Positions 1-16,000 of a stretch of 64,000 bases of DNA are shown piece after piece (the stretch's first letter is position 1; each line of letters begins with the position of its first letter). The DNA lies in NCBI RefSeq assembly GCF_009914755.1, contig NC_060927.1; one strand, written 5' to 3'. Under the pieces are notes generated by a model that did no database searches, had not been told where the DNA came from, and saw nothing but the letters and a program-made list of their open reading frames with translations. This stretch comes from the human T2T-CHM13v2.0 reference genome, Homo sapiens. The position numbers and the translations under genes were made by a program.

Positions 1-339
1 TTCACCCCAGAAATTTGTAGTAGAACCTATTCAAATCTCCCCGCTTCTACTACATACATTCTATTGCCATGGCCCCAGACGCACATTTAGTGTGGGCAAT
101 AATATGTAATTGAATTGTATTATTCTTCAAAATATTTGCCTTTCAATATGAGACCCCTCCCTATAGAAGTCTTGTCTATCCAAGGCTCTGTGACTTGCTT
201 GAGCCAGTAGAATGTGAGTGGAAGAAGCAACATGTATTTTAGGCCCAAATATTTCAATGTAGAGAGGCCTCAGGGAGGATATAATTAATGCTCATGAATT
301 ACAGCATTTCTGGGATATTCATTCCATACTCTCCAGGTG

Positions 340-835
340 ACACAATTACTACTACATTGATTAGCAACATAATAGTATCCATTTAAGTTCATCCACAAGT
401 GATTGAAATCTACAAATAGTAGCTTAAATATTATTGAAACATATAACTCTCTGATGTGAATGTAGGTAGTCCAGGAAAGGTAAGGTGGTACAAAGAGCAA
501 CAGGAATCCAGATCCCTTTTAATTAGTTCTGCCATCCTTAAGTCTTATTTCCCACCTCATGGTAAAAGATGGCTGGTCCCCATCCAGCCGTCATACACAG
601 ATTTTGACCCCAAGGAAAGAAAAAAAGGTCAAGAGAAGGATATGCTTCCTTCTTTAATGATCCAAGATCTACACATACCTCTTCCACTTAATCACACCAC
701 CATACCAAACTGAAAGGGATACTTGGAGTCAATATTTGGTTCTGCAAGGAGTCTACCTCACATTAGGGGTTTTATTCCAAAGAAACAAGGGAAGAATTCA
801 TTTGGTCACTGCCCAAACAACTGAAAGGCAGAATG
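340..835 (-). mobile_element. Old MaLR LTR (MLT1K/L-like), degraded
   Basis: Recall of MLT1 motifs (AAGATGGCTG..., TCTGCCATCCTTA); highly diverged. Confidence 0.4.
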
Positions 836-1544
836 CCTGGTACTGCTCCACAAAAAACTTCATTATTTTCTTGGGCAAAGGATATTTACAGGCTTTCTGC
901 TCTCTATATCAGACAGCTCTCTATATTCTAAATGCTTCATGTACATTATTGCATCTCACTTAGGGAGAATGAGTAGCCTAAAGCAGAGTCACAAACAGAA
1001 TGGCAAACAGGTGGAAAAATTAAGAGTTACTGTGCTGGATGACTCTGAATTCAGTGTAGGGAAGGCAAGTGGAACAGTTGGGGCCTGTGGTGAGTTGACA
1101 AACACTGCCCTGCTCAAACTGACAACTGGTTCTCAGTTTCCAGTTATTGTAACATGTGGAGTTGTGAATCTTCTGTTCAAAGATATTTCAAACATTTAGA
1201 GAAGCCAGAAATCTGAATTTTTACTGAAATTTGGAATTTATGGGAAATCTCTTTTTTTTTAATGTTGGTTCTAATGTTTTAAAACCATTTGCAATTTGCC
1301 TGTGGACCAGCAATGTGAGACATCTGTTTGAGAAAAGTAGGACAATATATCAGCTGCTTAAAATGGATGGCTCATCAAACTCTGAAAATAACCGTTACAT
1401 TGGAAATCATTATGAAGAGTGGTAAAAAATGAGGCAGGACTTATTATCATAATTACAGATTTATTGAGTATGAGACTGTTACCTTTACTGAATATTTCCT
1501 GTTGCCAGGTGTTGTGTTTGACCCTTTTTAAATCCATCATCATA

Positions 1545-1715
1545 TCTGATCCTCACAAAAGCCTTGCATTATTTTCTTTTTAACGGGGGAGCAGCTGGAA
1601 ATTGAGGGCCAGAGAGCTTAAGTAACATGTCCAGGGTCACACAGCTGGTAAATGACCAAGCTTGGATTTAAATCGGTCCTGTTTGATGTTCAAGCCCATG
1701 TTCTTAATCCTTATG
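1545..1715 (-). mobile_element. MIR SINE
   Basis: GAAATTGAGGGCCAGAGAGCTTAAGTAACATGTCCAGGGTCACACAGCT MIR core. Confidence 0.7.
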
Positions 1716-2519
1716 CAAGCCTGTGCACAATTTCTATGCCTTTTCCAGAATAACATACGGTGGGTTTGCCATGATATGAAAATAAGGATATGATCAGTTG
1801 GTATGCAGAATCTCAATGTTCATCTTTAAACACAGCGTCACCGCTATCAGAGTCACAGCATGGAGGATGCAAGCAGGAGGATTCACCAACATCTGAGAAG
1901 CCTCCAGAGGATCTCACTGCTCTCAATATCATACATTATACTTAACCAACATCTGGAGGGCCCTCACACCATTCAACCCATTCAGTAAAAAAAAGGACTG
2001 TGACTGTTACCGTTTCATGGCTTTAAATTTGCAGTGGAGCTGCACCACTTATTTAGCACAGGTGTTTAATTGTAATAAATTGGAGAAATTCCCAGTATCC
2101 AATGGTCCTCAAACTAACACTACCATCTGGGTAGAGTGGGGTAGTGGCTGTCTGACAACAAACTTGCTTATAAATATTTCAAGGGTAGTGGCCTATTTGG
2201 AGATCTATGTGGGCAGATCAGGAGGTTGGGTGTGCATAGAAGAGAAAGAAATTTTAAATTATATTGTAGAGGATGAACAAGAATGTTTGTGCTTTTTTAA
2301 CTTTTTGATAATTTGTTTCCTTTTCAATGCATATTAAATATTAAAAACACAGGTATCTTTGTAAATGAGATATTACATTGCTATTTTGTGTATTAAGGGA
2401 AAGTTCTGTTGGCTGCTTTTGGCAAATCATTCTGTCTATGAAGAGTGCACAAATGTTTCTATGGTCTGCCACTAGAAATCAATGCATGTTTTAGTTAATC
2501 AAAAAATGCATTAAGAGAA

Positions 2520-4286
2520 GGAAAGACTTCTTCTAGTCAATGTGACATAACAGAGACTGGATTTATCTTTTCACCTGAAGCAAGAGAAATTTGTCACATT
2601 TCACCAGACAAAATACATGAAACAATGGCTTTTAAGACACTGAACATCAAGCAATGAAAGATAATGATGCCTAAAAGACAAGAAAAAACTATGCGATGAG
2701 CCCTACAACTGAATCAGCTAAGTGATGAGAGAGTTTTTAAGCCACAATATAAGGAAGAGGCAGCTCCTTGAGTTGAAGAAAGAGAACTGAAAGTTTGGGG
2801 AGACCAAAGCTATTAGAGTTAACAGAGTACCAAGGAGAGAGCTGCACACAGAGTGTTCCAGAGAACTATAGAATCTCTCTCAGATTTTCAGTAGAGGATT
2901 GAGGTATGCATGTATGTGAGGAACCTAACAGAAACCCAGGAAAGAACAATCTGAAAGAAGTAGAAAAAAACAGTATGCAGCACCCAGACAGAGCCAAGAA
3001 TAGCCCCAGACAGGACTGAGAATACTCTGTTCTCTCTAGCCAGATTGGAAAAAAAAAAAAAAAAAACTAATAATCCACAGAGCATGGGGTAGAGTACTCA
3101 GAAAGGTCTTGCCTTAATAGTGGATAATAATTAGCCCTTACTAAACACTGCTCTCGTCCTGCCTAACAAATCTTAAAAAGAGAAAAGTGAAAAAAATAAA
3201 AAAAAACTATTTCCAAGTAATTGAACTACATACCAAAACAAGGATAAAGAATTTTTATAGAAATATAAAAATATCCAGCACCCAACAAGATAAAATTTAC
3301 AACGCCTGGCATCTGATCAAAAATTACCAGGCGTGCAAAGATGCAGGAAAAAAAGGACCATAATGAGGGTGAAAAAAATAAAATGATCAAAGCTGAACCA
3401 GAATTGACATTGGTATTGGAATTAGCAGACAAGGACATTAAAACATTCACAACTGTATTTCATAAATTCAAAAAGTTAAGTAGGTCTATAGTAGCAGATT
3501 TCAATACCATTCTCTCAATAATTGAAAATCCAATCAAAATTCAAGCAGGCTGTTTTATTCCAAATTGACAAAATTATTCTAAAATATATATGGGTATGCA
3601 AATAACCTAGAATAGCCAAAACAACTTTGAAAAAGAAAACAAAGTTAAAGGACTAACACTGCCTGATCTATTTAAAAGTTACAGTAATTTATTTTAAAGT
3701 AACTTATTTTTTATTTAAAAGTAACTGATTTAAAAGCTACAATAATTGAGGTATTGGGGCATTAGCATTAATTAGGTAAATAAATAGATCAATGGAACAG
3801 AATAGATATTTCAAAAATACATCCATCATGCATATAAGGACAACTGATTTTTTCCAAAAGTGCAATGCAACTCAGTGGAGGAAGAATAGTTTTTTTTTCC
3901 AAAAAATAATGCTGGAACACTTGATATTCATATACAAATTTTTAAAAGTTTTGTACCATACATACATATTAACTCAAAATGAATCATAGAAATAAATGCT
4001 AAACCTAAAACTTCTGGAAGAAAACATAAAAGAAAATCTTTGTGTACCTGCATGAGGCAAACATTTCTTTGATATAAAACCAAGAGCATGATTCACTAAG
4101 AACAAACTGATCAAGTGATATCATCAAAATTAAAAAATATTTTCAAAAGACAATGCAATGACAAACCACAGACTGGGAGAAAATATTTGCATAGCACATA
4201 TCTGATAAAGGACTTCCATCCAGAATATATAAAAAATTTTCAAAAACACCAAATAAGAAAACAAACAACCTGATTTGAAATATGTG
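2520..4286 (+). mobile_element. Ancient mammalian L1 (L1MC/MD/ME-type), 5' part, internally deleted
   Basis: ORF1-like ELADKDIKT, EN-like ADFNTILS, ORF2 C-terminal-like segments (PIKI, MEQNR); continues after the young L1 at 10425. Confidence 0.8.
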
Positions 4287-4735
4287 GTGCAGCCAAGATG
4301 GCCGAATAGGAATAGCTCCGGTCCACAGCTCCCAGTGTGAGCGACGCAGAAGATGGGTGATTTCTGCATTTCCAACAGAGGTACTGGGTTCATCTCACTG
4401 GGGAGTGCCGGAAAGTGGGTGCAGGACAGTGGGTGCAGCGCACCGTGCGTGAGCCGAAGCAGGGCGAGGCGTCGCCCCACCCGGGAAGTGCAAGGGGTCA
4501 GGGAATTCCCTTTGCTAGTCAAAGAAAGGGGTGACAGACGGCACCTGGAAAATCCAGTCACTCCCACCCTAATACTGCACTTTTCCAATGGGCTTAACAA
4601 ACGGCACACCAGGAGATTATATCCCGCACATGGCTCGGAGGGTCCTACGCCCACGGAGCCTTGCTCACTGCTAGCACAGCAGTCTGAGATCAAACTGCAA
4701 GGTGGCAGCGAGGCTAGGGGAGGGACACCCGCCAT
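4130..4735 (-). CDS. ORF0: L1 ORF0-homologous antisense ORF, extended to 201 aa (translation unproven)
   Basis: MAGVPPLASLPPCSLISDCCASSEQGSVGVGPSEP... matches the L1 ORF0 N-terminus; ATG at 4735-4733 in GCAATGG Kozak context; part of the 4130..4870 ORF. Confidence 0.5.
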   Translation of the reverse strand: MAGVPPLASLPPCSLISDCCASSEQGSVGVGPSEPCAGYNLLVCRLLSPLEKCSIRVGVTGFSRCRLSPLSLTSKGNSLTPCTSRVGRRLALLRLTHGALHPLSCTHFPALPSEMNPVPLLEMQKSPIFCVAHTGSCGPELFLFGHLGCTTYFKSGCLFSYLVFLKIFYIFWMEVLYQICAMQIFSPSLWFVIALSFENIF

Positions 4736-5309
4736 TGCCCAGTCTTGAGTAGGTAAACGAAGCGGCCAGGAAGCTCGAACTGGGTGGAGCCCACCACAGC
4801 TCAAGGAGGCCTGCCTGCCTCTGTAGGCTCCACCTCTGGGGGCAGGGTACAGACAAACAAAAGATAGCAATGACCCTGCAGAATTAAATGTCCCTGTCTG
4901 ACAGCTTTGAAGAGAGTAGTGGTTCTCCCAGCATGCAGCTTGAGCTCTGAGAACAGACAGACTGCCTCCTCAAGTGGGTCCCTGACCCCCGAGTAGCCTA
5001 ACTGGGGGGCACCCCCCAGTAGAGGCGGACTGACACCTCACACGGCAGGGTATTCCTCTGAGACAAAACTTCCAGAGGAACGATCAGGCAGCAGCATTTG
5101 CAGTTCACCAACATCCGCTGTTCTGCAGCCACTGCTGCTGATACCCAGGCAAACAGGGTCTGGACTGGACCTCCAGTAAACTCCAACAGACCTGCAGCTG
5201 AGGGTCCTGTCTGTTAGAAAGAAAACTGACAAACAGACAGGACATCCACACCAAAAACCCATCTGTACATCACCATCATCAAAGACCAAAGGTAGATAAA
5301 ACCACAAAG
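4287..5309 (+). promoter_or_regulatory. L1 5'UTR internal sense promoter and antisense promoter region
   Basis: YY1 motif CAAGATGGC intact at 4294-4302; many CpGs retained in 4300-4800; homologous to known L1PA 5'UTR. Confidence 0.8.
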
Positions 5310-6326
5310 ATGGGGAAAAAACAGAGCAGAAAAACTGGAAACTCTAAAAATCAGAGCACCTCTTCTCCTCCAAAGGAACGCAGCTCCTCAACAGCAACGG
5401 AACAAAGCTGGACGGAGAATGACTTTGACAAGTTGAGAGAGGAAGGCTTCAGAAGATCAAACTACTCCGAGCTAAAAGAGGAAGTTCGAACCAACGGCAA
5501 AGAAGTTAAAAACTTTGAAAAAAAAATTAGATGAATGGATAACTAGAACAACCAATGCAGAGAAGTCCTTAAAGGACCTGATGGAGCTGAAAACCACGGC
5601 ATGAGAACTATGTGATGAATGCACAAGCCTCAGTAACCGATGCGATCAACTGGAAGAAAGGGAATCAGCGACGGAAGATGAAATGAATGAAATGAAGCAT
5701 GAAGAGAAGTTTAGAGAAAAAAGAATAAAAAGAAACGAACAAAACCTCTAAGAAATATGGGACTATGTGAAAAGACCAAATCTACGTCTAATTGGTGTAC
5801 CTGAAAGTGACGGAGAGAATGGAATCAAGGTGGAAAACACTCTGCAGGATATTATCCAAGAGAACTTCCCCAATCTAGCAATGCAAGCCAACATTCAAAT
5901 TCAGGAAATACAGAGAACACCACAAAGATACTCTTCAAGAAGAGCAACTCCAAGACACATAATTGTCAGATTCACCAAAGTTGAAATGAAGGAAAAAATG
6001 TTAAGGGCAGCCAGAGAGAAAGGTCGGGTTACCCACAAAGGGAAGCCAATCAGACTAACAGCTGATCTCTTGGCAGAAACTCTACAATCCAGAAGAGAGT
6101 GGGGGCCGATATTCAACATTCTTAAAGAAAAGAATTTTCAACCCAGAATTTCATATCCAACCAAACTAAGCTTCATAAGCAAAGAAGAAATAAAATACTT
6201 TACAGACAAGCAAATGCTGAGAGATTTTGTCACCACCAGGCCTGCCCTAAAAGAGCTCCTGAAGGAAGCACTAAACATGGAAAGGAACAACCGGTACCAG
6301 CCACTGAAAAACATGCCAAATTGTAA
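5310..6326 (+). pseudogene. L1 ORF1p (RNA-binding chaperone), disrupted
   Basis: MGKKQSRKTGNSKNQS... and RPNLRLIGVPE...; +1 frameshift in A-run 5518-5526, premature stops near 5602 and 5749, further frameshift near 6306. Confidence 0.95.
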
Positions 6327-6389
6327 AGACCATCAAGGCTAGGAAGAAACTGCATCAACTAACGAGCAAAATAACCAGCTAACATCATA

Positions 6390-10194
<3,805 letters not shown>

Positions 10195-10249
10195 AGAATG
10201 AGAACACATGGACACAGGAAGGGGAACATCACACACCGGGGACTGTTGT

Positions 10250-10271
10250 GGGGTGGGGGGAGGGGGGAGGG
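10250..10271 (+). other. G-quadruplex-forming tract in L1 3'UTR
   Basis: GGGGTGGGGGGAGGGGGGAGGG, four G-runs; known L1PA 3'UTR feature. Confidence 0.75.
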
Positions 10272-10424
10272 ATAGCATTAGGAGACATACCTAATGCTAA
10301 ATGACGAGTTAATGGGTGCAGCACACCAACACGGCACATGTATACATATGTAACAAACCTGCACGTTGTGCACATGTACCCTAAAACTTAAAGTATAATA
10401 ATAATAATAATAAAGAAATATGTG

Positions 10425-10975
10425 CAAAAAATTATGAACAGACTCATTACAAAAGAAAATATACAGATGCCAAAGAAGAACATATGGTTATATTCAACAT
10501 CGTTAGTCATTAGAGCAATGCAAACTAAAACCATAGTGATATACTAATACACACCTTTTAGTAGGGCTAAAATTAAAAGTTTTACAATACCAAGTGGATA
10601 TAAAACAACTGGAATTCTCATCCACTGCTGGTGAGAATGTAAAACCAGGCAACCTCATTGGAAATGGTTTGGCAGTGTCTTAAAAAGTTAAAAGCACACC
10701 TACCAGATGATCCAACTATTTCACTCTTATGTATTTACTCAAGAGACATAAAAGCATATGTTCATACATAATATTCCCAGCAACTTTCTTTGTAATAGCC
10801 CAAGACTAGAACAGTACAAATGTCCATCAACAGGAGAATAAATAAATAAATTGTTATATGTTCATATAATAAAATATAACTCAGCAATAACAGGAAATGA
10901 ACTAGTAATAAACACAATAGTATGGGTGAATCTCAAATAATTATGCTGAATGAAAGACAAATAAAAGGACACATA
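10425..10975 (+). mobile_element. Continuation of the ancient L1M split by the L1PA insertion
   Basis: Joining across the TSD restores ...AACAACCTGATTTGAAATATGTGCAAAAAATTATGAACAGAC..., a colinear L1 ORF2 3' region. Confidence 0.8.
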
Positions 10976-12258
10976 CTCTTTTCAACAAAGAGTATTGGGA
11001 AAATGATACCCACAAGCAAAAGAATAAATTATCTTAAACCATATAAACTGAATCAAAATGGATCAAAGATCTAAATAAATGTAATAGCTACAACTATTCA
11101 ACTCTTAGAAGAAAACATAGGAGAAAAGCTTCATGATATTCAATTTGACAGTGATTTCCTATATATGACACCAAAATCATAGGCAACAAAACAAAAAAAT
11201 TGACAAATGGAACTTCATCGGAATAAAAATGCTGTGTATCAAAAGACCCTATCAAGTCCAAAAACCCCACTGAATGAGAGAAAATGTTTGCAAATCCTAT
11301 ATCTGATGAAGAAGTAATTTCAAAATAAACAAAGAAGTTTTACAACTCAACAACAAAAAGCCAACAAGCCCACTTTTAAAATAGACAAAGGACTTGAATA
11401 GGTGTTTCTCTAGGAAGATAGACAAATGACCAATAAGATGCTGGACATCATTAGTCATCAGAAAAATGCAAATCAAAACTACAATGAGATACCACCTCGT
11501 ACCTACTAGGATGGCTAGAATCAAAAAGTCAGAGAAGTGCTGATAAGAATATGAAGTCAGGACTCTCATACACGCCTGGTGCACATGTAAAATGGTGCTG
11601 TAAATCTAAAGTGGTGGGAATGTTAAATGGTGCAGCTACTTCAGAAAGCATACTGACAGTTTTGAAAATGAATAAACAGAGCTACCGTATGACCCAGCCA
11701 ATTTCACTCCCAGGTATACACTCAAGAAAAATTAAAAACATACATCCAGAAAAATAAAAACCTACGTTCACATGAAAACTTTTACATGAATGTGTATATC
11801 ATCATTATATATAATAGCCAAAATGTGGAAACAGCACAAATGTCCATCAGTAGATTAATGGAAAAAAATGGGGTAAACCATGTTATGTGACGTTATTCAG
11901 CCATAACAAGTAATGATGTATTGACACATGGTACAATATGAATGAATCTTGAAAACATGCTAAATGAAAAAAGCCAGTCACAAATTACCAGATATTATAT
12001 GAGTCCATTAATAAAAAATACCCAGAACATGGAAATCTGTAGATACAGCAAGCAGACTCACGGTCACTTAGTGCTCGGTGGGAATGTCGGGGTGTTGGGG
12101 GGATTGGGCGGTGATAACTGAAGGGTGTCCTTCAAGGTGATGAAAATGGTCTAAAATTGATTGTGTATTGCACACATGAGACACTGAATTGTACACTTTA
12201 AATGGATGAATTGTATAATACATGAGTTACATCTCAATGACGGCATATTTTAAAAAAA
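10976..12258 (+). mobile_element. Second old L1 3' fragment (L1MB-like)
   Basis: Restarts at an upstream ORF2 position (CTTTTCAACAAA...), then ATGCAAATCAAAACTACAATGAGATACCAC and an L1MB-type 3' end (TGAATTGTACACTTTAAATGG) with A-tail. Confidence 0.75.
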
Positions 12259-12344
12259 TAGGTAGACTTGTATGCCGACATATTTGTGATAAAGTTTGGT
12301 TCTGTCTCTTTCTCTCTCACTGTCTAATAGATGATCATAACTAT

Positions 12345-12745
12345 AGTTTCATCAGCCAGGATGTGCTAGTTTATGCTGGTAACAAACAACTCTCACATCT
12401 CAAATGGCTTATAAAGGTTTTTTTTTTTGCTCACATATTCGTCATTTGGTGGTTGGGACCTCACTTGGCTCTGTCAGCCTCACTACAAGATCCATGCTGC
12501 TATAGCTGCCACTAAAATGGAACATTACCTGTCCAGAAGGAAAAAGAAAATTGAAGTCTGAATGGTTCACTGTAGCAACTCAAGGCTTTACATGAAAGTT
12601 TGGCTAGTCTCTTCTGTTCCCAGCTCATTGGCCTAGAATAATCACATGACCTCTCCCAACCACAGGGACCAAAGAATTCAACTGGACTTTGTTGAGGAGG
12701 CAGAGATCTAGAAATATTTCAGGAACAGCCCTAATATCTGCCATA
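12345..12745 (-). mobile_element. MaLR LTR (MLT1J-like)
   Basis: TATGCTGGTAACAAACAAC..., CTCATTGGCCTAGAATAATCACATGACC motifs. Confidence 0.6.
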
Positions 12746-12749
12746 TAGC

Positions 12750-13000
12750 TAATATTCATTACGTGTTGACTATGTTTCAGGAGCTGTTCTAAACCCTTGT
12801 ATGTATTATCTCACTTAATACTCAGAAAAAAGTATTTTGAGGTTGATGCCATTATTATCATCAAACTCAATATTTTACAAATAGAAAATTGAGGCATAGG
12901 AGTAAAATAACTTTCCCAGGCTTAGTAAAATAGCTAATTGTTGGAATTTGAATCCAGACATGAACACCAAAGCCCATGTTTTTGACTTCCAGACAATATT
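12750..13000 (-). mobile_element. MIR SINE
   Basis: TTTTACAAATAGAAAATTGAGGCATAG core plus MIR 3' segment. Confidence 0.65.
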
Positions 13001-16000
13001 GTCACCCAGCAATCCCATATTTTCTTATCCTTACTCAAACACAAATCTATCACAAAGTCCAAACAGGAAACAGGTACAAGAAAGCTGCACTAGCATATAT
13101 TAGTAAATGAAAACAGGTTAGCAGTCAGACCTTTAGTATTGTCTAGTGTGTTTCTAGTGCACCGATGATTTTCCCATGGTCCTTGGCAGAGCCCTGGTTT
13201 CTCAGGCTTGCCTTTGGGCATGCTGAAAGACCTGGCAGCTTCAAACAGAGCAGCTCTGCTTCATTCTTTAGGCTTCCACTTGACTTCACTTATTTCTTGG
13301 CTGACAAAAAGAAAAGCTGGGAAAACTGCACTGCCTCACTCACACATCTCCATCCACACTAAGCTCAGAGACACATTCTAAGCAAAGCTTAAACCAAATG
13401 GATGAATCAGGCTCCTCTTCTGTTTCTGTGGTTAAGAATACCTACTTCTATGTCATGGTACTGGTAAGTGTTTTGATAAACACTGCGATTATGTGAAACA
13501 TTGAGTAAAATAAATTCTAGCTTGGAAGAAAATAAGAATACCTAATTCATACAAGGGTATCATTACTTATAGGAGTTAGTACCAGTAAAGTATGCTACTA
13601 ACAAAGACCTAATTCAAGAGTCAGCGCTTCGAGGTTGGCAAATGGTGAATTGAATCCTTCTACCCTTCCATAATCTGTTATTCAAATTTGGTCTTTATTG
13701 AATTCATGCTACCTGGTCTTCCACAAGACCCAGCACAGTGCGTGCCACATGGAAGATGTTTAGTAATACTTCTTGAATGTTTGAGTGAATGAGTGAATGT
13801 TGGGGAATGATTGGAAGCATTCCAATGTCACCAGGAATGGGAATTAAGTGGATAGGTAGAGACACAAAGCAAGCATAATACTAAAGATACAAGGCAATCA
13901 GTGATCGTTTGTTCTTCCTGACAATATGGATCTTGTTAATTATTGCAAGTCATAGCAGACATTTTTACAGGTTAATATCAAAGAAGAAATTTGGACTGCA
14001 TTACTGGCATAAATTGGTCGAGTGAGAGCCCATTGGGAGAAAAGGGGAACTTCCCAAAACCCATGCAAAAGAGAAGCATCTTTTTCAAGCTGATACTCCC
14101 AAGCCTCCCCTTAGCAGTAGGAACTAGTCTAATGTGATAATAACCTCTCTCTGGGGTGGCATCTTAAAAAGAAACAAGCTTTCCAGTTCTATGACCTTTC
14201 AGAAGAAGAATCCCAGCAGGAATCCCGAGTCTTGGCGAACACCCTCCAGCACCACGAAATCTTTGAAGAGACCCAACTTTGAAGAGTGCCTTCCTACCAT
14301 TATTGTGTGCATGCATACATAATTAGGAAGAAAACCATGCCACTCTGATTTCTAAAACCCATCTGAACTTTCCCCTAGTTCTCTCCTTTGATAGAAACTG
14401 CCCAAACCCCTTTGGAAATTTTTCGGAGGCAGTGAGGAGCCACTGGAGGAAGCATATTTTCATCAGGCTGTTATTATAGGAATGCTGCCAATGGGGAAAA
14501 TAATGGGCAAAGAATGAAAATTCTGATTGCCCAATCAAGAAACTTGAACCCTCTGAGACTTAAGGCCAAGAGATGGAAGGGAAATTAAATGACAAAATAA
14601 ATCAAAGACATTTTTACCTCTCAATATATTTGAAGGGGGAGAATGTAGCCTGCTTGTGCTATCCCAAGGTTTTCCTCAAGTAATATATTTAGAGTTGATT
14701 TTTAGCTCATTATTGCAATTTTCCTTCAAGTGGTTTAACACAGCCACAATTCAACTCAACCTCTTTTTTTTTTTTTTTTTGGCCAGTAGTAAATCAAGCA
14801 TTCTGTATGGGTTCTGTCTATGGTTTTCAGATATCTTGGGGGCTTCTCCCTTGACTAAGATAAAAAGGATGACTTCAAAAGATTTTAGGATCCAAGAAAT
14901 GTCACCTTTCATATAGAGAAGGAGGAGAAGTTCAAAGAGGGGTTAGTACAGTGCTTCTAACAGTCACTAATGCAGAGCACATGGGAAAACAATAATAATT
15001 TTGTGAATACTACTAATATTTGTTAAATATTACTCTGTTCCAGGCACTGTGTTTCGAGTTTTATATTAATAATATCATTTAATTTGGATAAGAAACATGG
15101 TGGTCTGCTTGAAAAGGATTCCATTAAATTAAAATGCTTTCCAAAGAGGATGCAATTTGGAAATTATTTTATGGCTCACAGATGTTAGCTATTATTGTGA
15201 TGTGCATATTGTGGAGTTATATTTTAATGTATCAGCCCATGTGTTTTTCATTCCTAGGAGCTCCTTTCTGTCCTCTGACTGTTCCTTCTACAGGCAAGAC
15301 TGGGGATTATCCATTGCCTCAGAGAATAGTTAGTACAACAGAAAAGCAGAAAAATAAGTTTCTGAGCTTCAAAAGCCCTGCGGAGCTGATAACAGAAATA
15401 GTAGACGTGAGAGATAATAATGGTGAGAGGAACCTACTCCACCTCCAGGCTGGAAGCTTCTCTCTTTGTGACCCTGAGATGTGGCCCTGGACTTAATCCC
15501 TGCGTAGATTGCAATAGAAACCTCAAATGGGTTTGGAGGGATCTAAGAACTTAGAAGACCTGTGCTTCTTTCCCTAATTGACCCTGGGGGAATGGCAGGT
15601 CACACACAGCATCCTCACATTCAGCATCTTTTGGGAGTTTCAAAGAATATAGAGTTTGCTGCAGGGATTATCCAGGCAGATGGGCCTGAGGCATCGTCGT
15701 AAGAGAAACATCAAACATTTTTCTTATCTCTGAGTAGTCATGGAAATAGCTGAAAGGACCAGGGTTAGGATAGAAAAGGAAGAGCAGCCATGAACTGACA
15801 ACTCCCAGTAAAGCAGACACTCTGCACATGCCAGTGCAGGTGGGTGGCACCAACACTTTGCTCAATTACCTGAACGTTCTACTGCATCCCTCCCTGACAT
15901 AGAGACACAACTCACAGGCTGGGGCTTAGGCAACAAACTGATTGAAATGACCCTCAGTTGATTGAAATTAATTCTCTGCTTCCTAGAAGAGTGGAATTTC

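Noticed and set aside
1884-1965. ACCAACATCTG repeated at ~60-bp spacing
   Set aside because: Only two short copies; not an array, and plausibly chance or an old duplication.
4353-5307. Other ORFs in the L1 5'UTR (131, 61, 62, 89 aa)
   Set aside because: Generic open frames in stop-poor GC-rich L1 UTR; only the ORF0 frame has precedent.
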